Shown in pieces: positions 59,667 to 64,000 of a stretch of DNA of 64,000 nt. Below the pieces are notes generated by a model that worked only from the letters and a program-made list of their open reading frames with translations, was not told the origin of the DNA and did no database searches. The translations under genes and the position numbers were made by a program. This stretch comes from an uncultured Acidobacteriota bacterium (GTDB taxonomy: Bacteria; Acidobacteriota; Vicinamibacteria; Vicinamibacterales; UBA8438), in NCBI GenBank assembly GCA_913043225.1, contig CAJWLU010000004.1, forward strand, positions 67,243 to 131,242, read 5' to 3'. The first letter of the stretch is position 1. Every line of letters starts with the position of its first letter.

Positions 59667-60347
59667 CTAGATCTCCAGGAAAGACTCCTGGTCGGTCCAC
59701 TGACCCAGTTCTTCCTGGAACTTCCGACTCTTGTCGATGAGAATCTGGCCGTCCTCTGCCCGCACGATCCGGGTGCGCTCGAGCGGCCTTGGCGCCGGTC
59801 CCTCGAAGTGAATACCGGTCGGGCGGAACCCACTCCCGTGACACGGGCACTTGAACTTGTTCTCGGCCGACAGCCAGTTGGGCGTGCAGCCCAGGTGGGT
59901 GCAGATCGAGAAAAGCGCGTAGAACCCGGATGCTTCGTGGGTGTAGTCGTTCTCTGTCCTGACTATCCACACCCCCCTCGTGTCCTTGAACCGCTCGTCG
60001 ACCCCGTTCCCGTAGTCCTCAGGGAACCCGATCGTGAACTGCTGCGGCGGTTCGTTGAGAACGTTCGGGAACATGAACCGACCGGTCGCGGCCAGGCACC
60101 CGGCGGACGCCGCGGTGAAGGCGCCCCAGGCGAGCCCCATCCAGCCACGTCGCCCCATGAGCGGCGACATATCGGCCTCGGGCGCCTTCTTACCCGCCGA
60201 GCGCGCGGCCGGACTAGTCGTCCGCCCCTTGAGCTTGGCGTCGTTGGCGGCCGCCGCTGCCGCAGCGGCAGGTTTCGGCGCAGCCGGCTTCGCCTCGGCG
60301 GCGGGCGGGGTGTCTGCTGGCGGCGGAGTCTTAGGTTCGTCAGCCAT
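59667..60347 (-). CDS. Rieske [2Fe-2S] subunit of the cytochrome bc-type complex
   Basis: CTHLGC ... CPCHGS. Tat-like GRRGWM before the TM. The first ~59 aa are a Pro/Ala/Lys-rich extension, and an alternative ATG exists at 60170. Confidence 0.9.
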   Translation of the reverse strand: MADEPKTPPPADTPPAAEAKPAAPKPAAAAAAAANDAKLKGRTTSPAARSAGKKAPEADMSPLMGRRGWMGLAWGAFTAASAGCLAATGRFMFPNVLNEPPQQFTIGFPEDYGNGVDERFKDTRGVWIVRTENDYTHEASGFYALFSICTHLGCTPNWLSAENKFKCPCHGSGFRPTGIHFEGPAPRPLERTRIVRAEDGQILIDKSRKFQEELGQWTDQESFLEI

Positions 60348-60400
60348 GCTCGTGTCCTATCTCGTACCCTCGTCGCAGGTCGCTCACCTGCCTCACAACT

Positions 60401-61339
60401 CTACCGTTCGGCGACGTTGCCCTCAAAGGGCGTGCCGTCGAGCGCGCCCAGCGTCTCCATGGCCGCCTCGCGCACTGTCAGATTCTCATCCGTGTCAGCG
60501 AGGCGTTCTACCGGCCCGCGCAGGTCCGCCTCGACGCTGACCGTGCCGAGCGCGGCGACCGCCTTGAGCCCGCTGACCATGACCTCGCTCGTCGGGTCCG
60601 CGAGCGTCTCGGACGGCGTCACGTGCTCGCTCACGTACTCGCGATCCAGCATCCGCCGCAACACCGTCAAGCCCCGCCCGTCGCCATGGCGCGCCAGCGA
60701 GACTGCCGCGTTCCACTGCACATCCGGCACAGGGTCGCTCAACGCAGACCTAAGCGTCCGGTGCTCGCCTCCATCGTCGTCGGGCAGCACCCCGAGGGCG
60801 TAGACCACCATCTTGCGCACACCCGGGTCGGTCGCCTGATACAGCTTTACGATTTCCGGGACGACGGCCTGGTCCCCAAGTGAAGCCAGGGCCCACAAAA
60901 TACTGATCAGCGTCTCAGTATCAGACTCGTCGAGCGCCGTAGTTAGTGCAGCAACAGCCTCACTGGGAGGCGACTCCAGGCGCCCGATGGCTAAGGCCAA
61001 GTATCGACGGATCCGCGGGTCGTCGCCGTCGGATTGCACGAAGGCGCGCAGCAGCGCCGGCGCGAGGTCCGGATGCTCCGCCTGCAGCTCGGGATCGCCC
61101 ATCAGCCGCGCCAACTCGTACGCCGCCGGCCACCGCCGGTCGCGTCCACCCGTACGGACATCATTCAGGTACTCCTCCGGCGTCCGCTCGTCGGCCACCA
61201 TCATTCGGAAGCCGCCATAGATGGCCACCACGACGGCAACCACCGCGAGAGGGATCAGGAAGAACTGAACGGCCAGAGACGGTGCAGCCGCGAGACGGCT
61301 ATCCGAACGCGCAGGCTCGCGCTCGCCAAGCTTCTGCAT
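60401..61339 (-). CDS. HEAT-repeat protein with N-terminal TM anchor
   Basis: Repeated DP.VR..A..ALG/ HEAT-like units (DPRIRRYLALAIGRL, DPGVRKMVVYALGVL, VPDVQWNAAVSLARHGD). TM FFLIPLAVVAVVVAIYGGF. Start is the ATG at 61339 or the track start at 61408. Confidence 0.6.
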   Translation of the reverse strand: MQKLGEREPARSDSRLAAAPSLAVQFFLIPLAVVAVVVAIYGGFRMMVADERTPEEYLNDVRTGGRDRRWPAAYELARLMGDPELQAEHPDLAPALLRAFVQSDGDDPRIRRYLALAIGRLESPPSEAVAALTTALDESDTETLISILWALASLGDQAVVPEIVKLYQATDPGVRKMVVYALGVLPDDDGGEHRTLRSALSDPVPDVQWNAAVSLARHGDGRGLTVLRRMLDREYVSEHVTPSETLADPTSEVMVSGLKAVAALGTVSVEADLRGPVERLADTDENLTVREAAMETLGALDGTPFEGNVAER

Positions 61340-61496
61340 CAGTGCGTCGGGGGTAGGAGGAGACGGAGCGTATCCACGATTATCCGTTGTTTGTGCATCT
61401 AGGCACAAGCTCTGCCGTGTCGGGCCTGAAACAACGGGCGGATCCTATAATGCGACACGCGACCGGTCAAGGTACGACGCACTCCACTCTTACCCC

Positions 61497-62048
61497 TCAA
61501 ATGCGAGGTAGCGTGACCTCGAGTTGCGATTGATACTTGCCCTTCTTATCGCCATAAGACACTTCGCACGACTCGTCGCTCTGAAAAAACAGCACCTGCG
61601 CTATCCCCTCGTTGGCGTAGATCTTCGCCGGCAGCGGCGTGGTGTTTGAGATCTCAAGCGTCGCGGTACCTTCCCATTCCGGCTCGAACGGGGTGACGTT
61701 GACGATGATCCCGCACCGCGCGTAGGTCGATTTACCCAGACAAACTGTCAGCACGTCGCGAGGAATCCGGAAATATTCGACGGTCCGCGCTAGCGCGAAC
61801 GAGTTCGGCGGCACGATGCAGAGGTCGGACTGGATGTCGATGAACGACCGCGGGTCGAACGCCTTCGGGTCTATCACCGTATTGTTGATGTTAGTAAACA
61901 CCTTGAACTCGTCGGCCACGCGAATATCGTAGCCGTAGGACGACAGGCCGTAGGACACGACGTCATCTCGGACCTGGCTCTCGACAAACGGCTCGATCAT
62001 GCCCTTGGCCGCCATCTTCTTGATCCACCGGTCCGATTTAATCGCCAT
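61497..62048 (-). CDS. dcd: dCTP deaminase
   Basis: The ATG at 62048 gives [18 protein letters not shown]...SYGYDIRV. Confidence 0.95.
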   Translation of the reverse strand: MAIKSDRWIKKMAAKGMIEPFVESQVRDDVVSYGLSSYGYDIRVADEFKVFTNINNTVIDPKAFDPRSFIDIQSDLCIVPPNSFALARTVEYFRIPRDVLTVCLGKSTYARCGIIVNVTPFEPEWEGTATLEISNTTPLPAKIYANEGIAQVLFFQSDESCEVSYGDKKGKYQSQLEVTLPRI

Positions 62049-62062
62049 GCTCCTCCTGTTTG

Positions 62063-62257
62063 CTACCGGCGCCAAAAAGATAACGCCAATGTCAGGGCCA
62101 CACTAAGCAGCACGCCGGTCGCCAGCGGCATGTAGATGGTAACGTTGCCACGTCGATACACGATGTCTCCGGGCAACCGACCTAAAGGGAGTCCCAGCAT
62201 CAGCAGCGCACCGACGCTGGCGATGGCCAACCCAACCAACACCAGGACCTTGCCCAC
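62063..62257 (-). CDS. Small membrane protein, DUF2905-like
   Basis: 64 aa. [13 protein letters not shown]...Y.P, with two TM helices. Confidence 0.6.
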   Translation of the reverse strand: MGKVLVLVGLAIASVGALLMLGLPLGRLPGDIVYRRGNVTIYMPLATGVLLSVALTLALSFWRR

Positions 62258-62263
62258 AAACCC

Positions 62264-62677
62264 TCAGTCCAGCTCGACTCCACGGAAAAAGTAGCCGAGT
62301 TCGAATGCCGCGGTCTCTGGTGCGTCTGACCCGTGAGTGGCATTGTGCTCGATCGAGGACCCGAACCGCTTCCGGAGGGTACCCTCTGCGGCCTGTGCGG
62401 GGTCGGTCGCCCCCATCAGAGCGCGCCATTTAAGAATGGCATCCGGCGCATCCAACGCCATAACGATCGCGGGGCCGGACGACATGAAGTTGGTCAGGCT
62501 ATCAAAGAACGGCCGCTCACGATGCACGGCATAGAAACCCTCAGCCTCGACCTTGGTCAGGCGCACCAGTCGCATCCCAGACAGAAGGAAGCCGGCATCC
62601 TGAACGGCGCTCAGAATCGCCCCGGAGTAGCCTGCCGCAACCGCGTCCGGTTTTATGATCGCGAACGTCCGCTCCAT
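62264..62677 (-). CDS. ndk: Nucleoside diphosphate kinase
   Basis: The ATG at 62677 follows SD GAAGGGAA and gives MERTFAIIKPDAV. Active-site NATHGSD. The track start at 62695 is a GTG overlapping the korB stop. Confidence 0.95.
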   Translation of the reverse strand: MERTFAIIKPDAVAAGYSGAILSAVQDAGFLLSGMRLVRLTKVEAEGFYAVHRERPFFDSLTNFMSSGPAIVMALDAPDAILKWRALMGATDPAQAAEGTLRKRFGSSIEHNATHGSDAPETAAFELGYFFRGVELD

Positions 62678-62691
62678 GCTGTTCCCTTCGC

Positions 62692-63756
62692 TCACCCGAG
62701 GCTCTCCATGATCTCGTTGAGCACAGCGCGCGGCGGACGCACCTGCTCCTCAGACAGTGCCGCCAGCGGCTCGTCCACCAAGTTCAGCGTCGTGATGAAG
62801 TCGTCGGTCACCGGCTCGACGTAAATCAGCCCGGTAGCAAACTCCCCTCGGCCGTGCGTCTCGTGCAACACGCGCTGCGCCTGCAGCTTGTCGGTCGGGT
62901 TGTAGCTCTCGTCGAGCTTCTTGAGATACAGCCGAGACCCATCATGAAGTGTCACTTCCTGGGTCGTTCCAGGCTCGTGCTCAATCGAGATATCCTCGAA
63001 GAAGGGCACGAAGTCGATCTCCTCGAGCGGGTCATCGTGGCTCTTGACGTAGGCATAACTCTTGGTTGAGCCTTCGTGGTCATTAAACGTAACGCAAGGC
63101 GACAACACATCAATCATCGCCGTACCCCGATGGCTAAGAGCAGCCTTCAAGACAGCAGTCAGTTGCTTCTTGTCGCCCGAGAAAGAACGAGCCACGAAAG
63201 TGGCGCCGAGTTGAATCGCGAGCGCGCAGGTATCAATAGGCGGCAGATCGTTAACGACGCCAGTCTTGAGCGTAGAACCAACATCTGCGGTGGGAGAGAA
63301 CTGGCCTTTTGTCAGTCCATAACACCCGTTGTCTTCGATGATGTAGATAATCGGCAAATTCCGCCGCATCAGATGCACGAACTGCCCTATGCCGATGGCG
63401 CCCGTGTCACCATCTCCGCTAACACCAATGGCCACCAAGTGCTTATTGGCTAGCATGGCGCCAGTCCCGACCGAAGGCATCCGGCCGTGCACGGAATTGA
63501 AGCCGTGGGACGAGCCAAGAAAATACGCCGGGCTTTTACTGGAACAACCGATCCCAGAAAGTTTCACGACCTGCTGCGGGTCGATGCCCATCTCAAAACA
63601 GGCATCGATGATGCGCGAGGAAATCGTGTTGTGGCCGCAGCCGGCACAGAGTGTCGACTTACCGCCGCGGTACACCGATGGCTCAAGCCCAATTCGATTG
63701 GTTTTTGGTTTAGTTGTCGCAGTAGCCACGTGTTCCTGCCTCGATAGCCGGCTCAA
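62692..63756 (-). CDS. korB: 2-oxoacid:ferredoxin oxidoreductase beta (TPP-binding) subunit
   Basis: CAGCGH, GIGCSS, and the TPP motif GDGDTGAIGIGQ...IIYIIEDNGCYGLTKGQ. Confidence 0.9.
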   Translation of the reverse strand: MSRLSRQEHVATATTKPKTNRIGLEPSVYRGGKSTLCAGCGHNTISSRIIDACFEMGIDPQQVVKLSGIGCSSKSPAYFLGSSHGFNSVHGRMPSVGTGAMLANKHLVAIGVSGDGDTGAIGIGQFVHLMRRNLPIIYIIEDNGCYGLTKGQFSPTADVGSTLKTGVVNDLPPIDTCALAIQLGATFVARSFSGDKKQLTAVLKAALSHRGTAMIDVLSPCVTFNDHEGSTKSYAYVKSHDDPLEEIDFVPFFEDISIEHEPGTTQEVTLHDGSRLYLKKLDESYNPTDKLQAQRVLHETHGRGEFATGLIYVEPVTDDFITTLNLVDEPLAALSEEQVRPPRAVLNEIMESLG

Positions 63757-63791
63757 CCTCCCGGCCGGATGTCCCCCGTCTGCCAGACGGC

Positions 63792-64000
63792 TTACTCGCC
63801 GCCAACTCCCGCGTCGTGTGGAACCCCTCCTTCGTGAGCGGAGTACTTCACCCGATACCCTTCCTGAATCAGGATGTCGTCGGTAATCGTCCGGGCATCG
63901 ATCGGCTCCCCAGCATAGTGCAGCACGCTGCGCAGCCGGCCGGCGAGTTCCGACCGTAATTCGAGACGCATGAGCGTCGACATCTGCGCGTCGCGGTTCT
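63792..64000 (-). CDS. korA: 2-oxoacid:ferredoxin oxidoreductase alpha subunit, C-terminal fragment (continues past the window end)
   Basis: The open frame runs to the 3' edge. Its position is immediately upstream of korB. The C-terminal sequence alone is weakly diagnostic. Confidence 0.55.
   Translation of the reverse strand, partial: NRDAQMSTLMRLELRSELAGRLRSVLHYAGEPIDARTITDDILIQEGYRVKYSAHEGGVPHDAGVGGE

Overview
GC-rich, densely coding bacterial chromosomal segment. It has many long out-of-frame 'shadow' ORFs, as expected at high G+C. I call about 60 protein genes and one tRNA (initiator tRNA-fMet). I saw no rRNA, CRISPR array, transposase, integrase or phage genes. The gene content suggests an Acidobacteriota/Gemmatimonadota-like organism, but that is inference only: GspG-type pseudopilins ending in NY(A/N)EW, a Rieske/cytochrome b complex with a multihaem cytochrome c, and a BMC shell gene.

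Layout:
- 1-7.2 kb: T2SS/T4P-like filament locus (pseudopilins, interrupted lipoprotein, PilO/N/M-like, GspE, GspF).
- 7.4-9.2 kb: lytic transglycosylase and a lipoprotein.
- 9.2-15.8 kb: accessory island. It holds a lone PduA-like microcompartment shell gene, a tailed acylating aldehyde dehydrogenase and a MaoC hydratase. A tightly coupled AsnB-like / radical-SAM / halogenase-like flavoprotein operon follows.
- 15.9-28.8 kb: housekeeping genes (M23 peptidase, secA, guaB, tsaE, nnr, class IV aminotransferase, gcvTHP).
- 29-37.8 kb: mixed genes (YdjM-like, MBL hydrolase, Rieske ferredoxin, lactate permease, cupin, RsmJ-like, ACE-like M2 peptidase, purA).
- 38-43 kb: DUF234-type ATPase with a degenerate P-loop, HAMP-PP2C phosphatase coupled to an N-terminally extended RNase III, cutA, ftsB.
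- 43.2-54.8 kb: tRNA-fMet, acyl-CoA dehydrogenase, glnK-amtB, CoA-transferase/crotonase/tartrate-DH-like genes, pncB-pgl-pgi and pncA.
- 54.8-61.3 kb: Rieske/split cytochrome b/octahaem cytochrome c operon with an upstream HEAT-repeat gene.
- 61.5-64 kb: dcd, ndk, korAB.

The best novelty candidate is the 9.2-15.8 kb island. All functional calls rest on motif and family recognition by eye; no database search was run.
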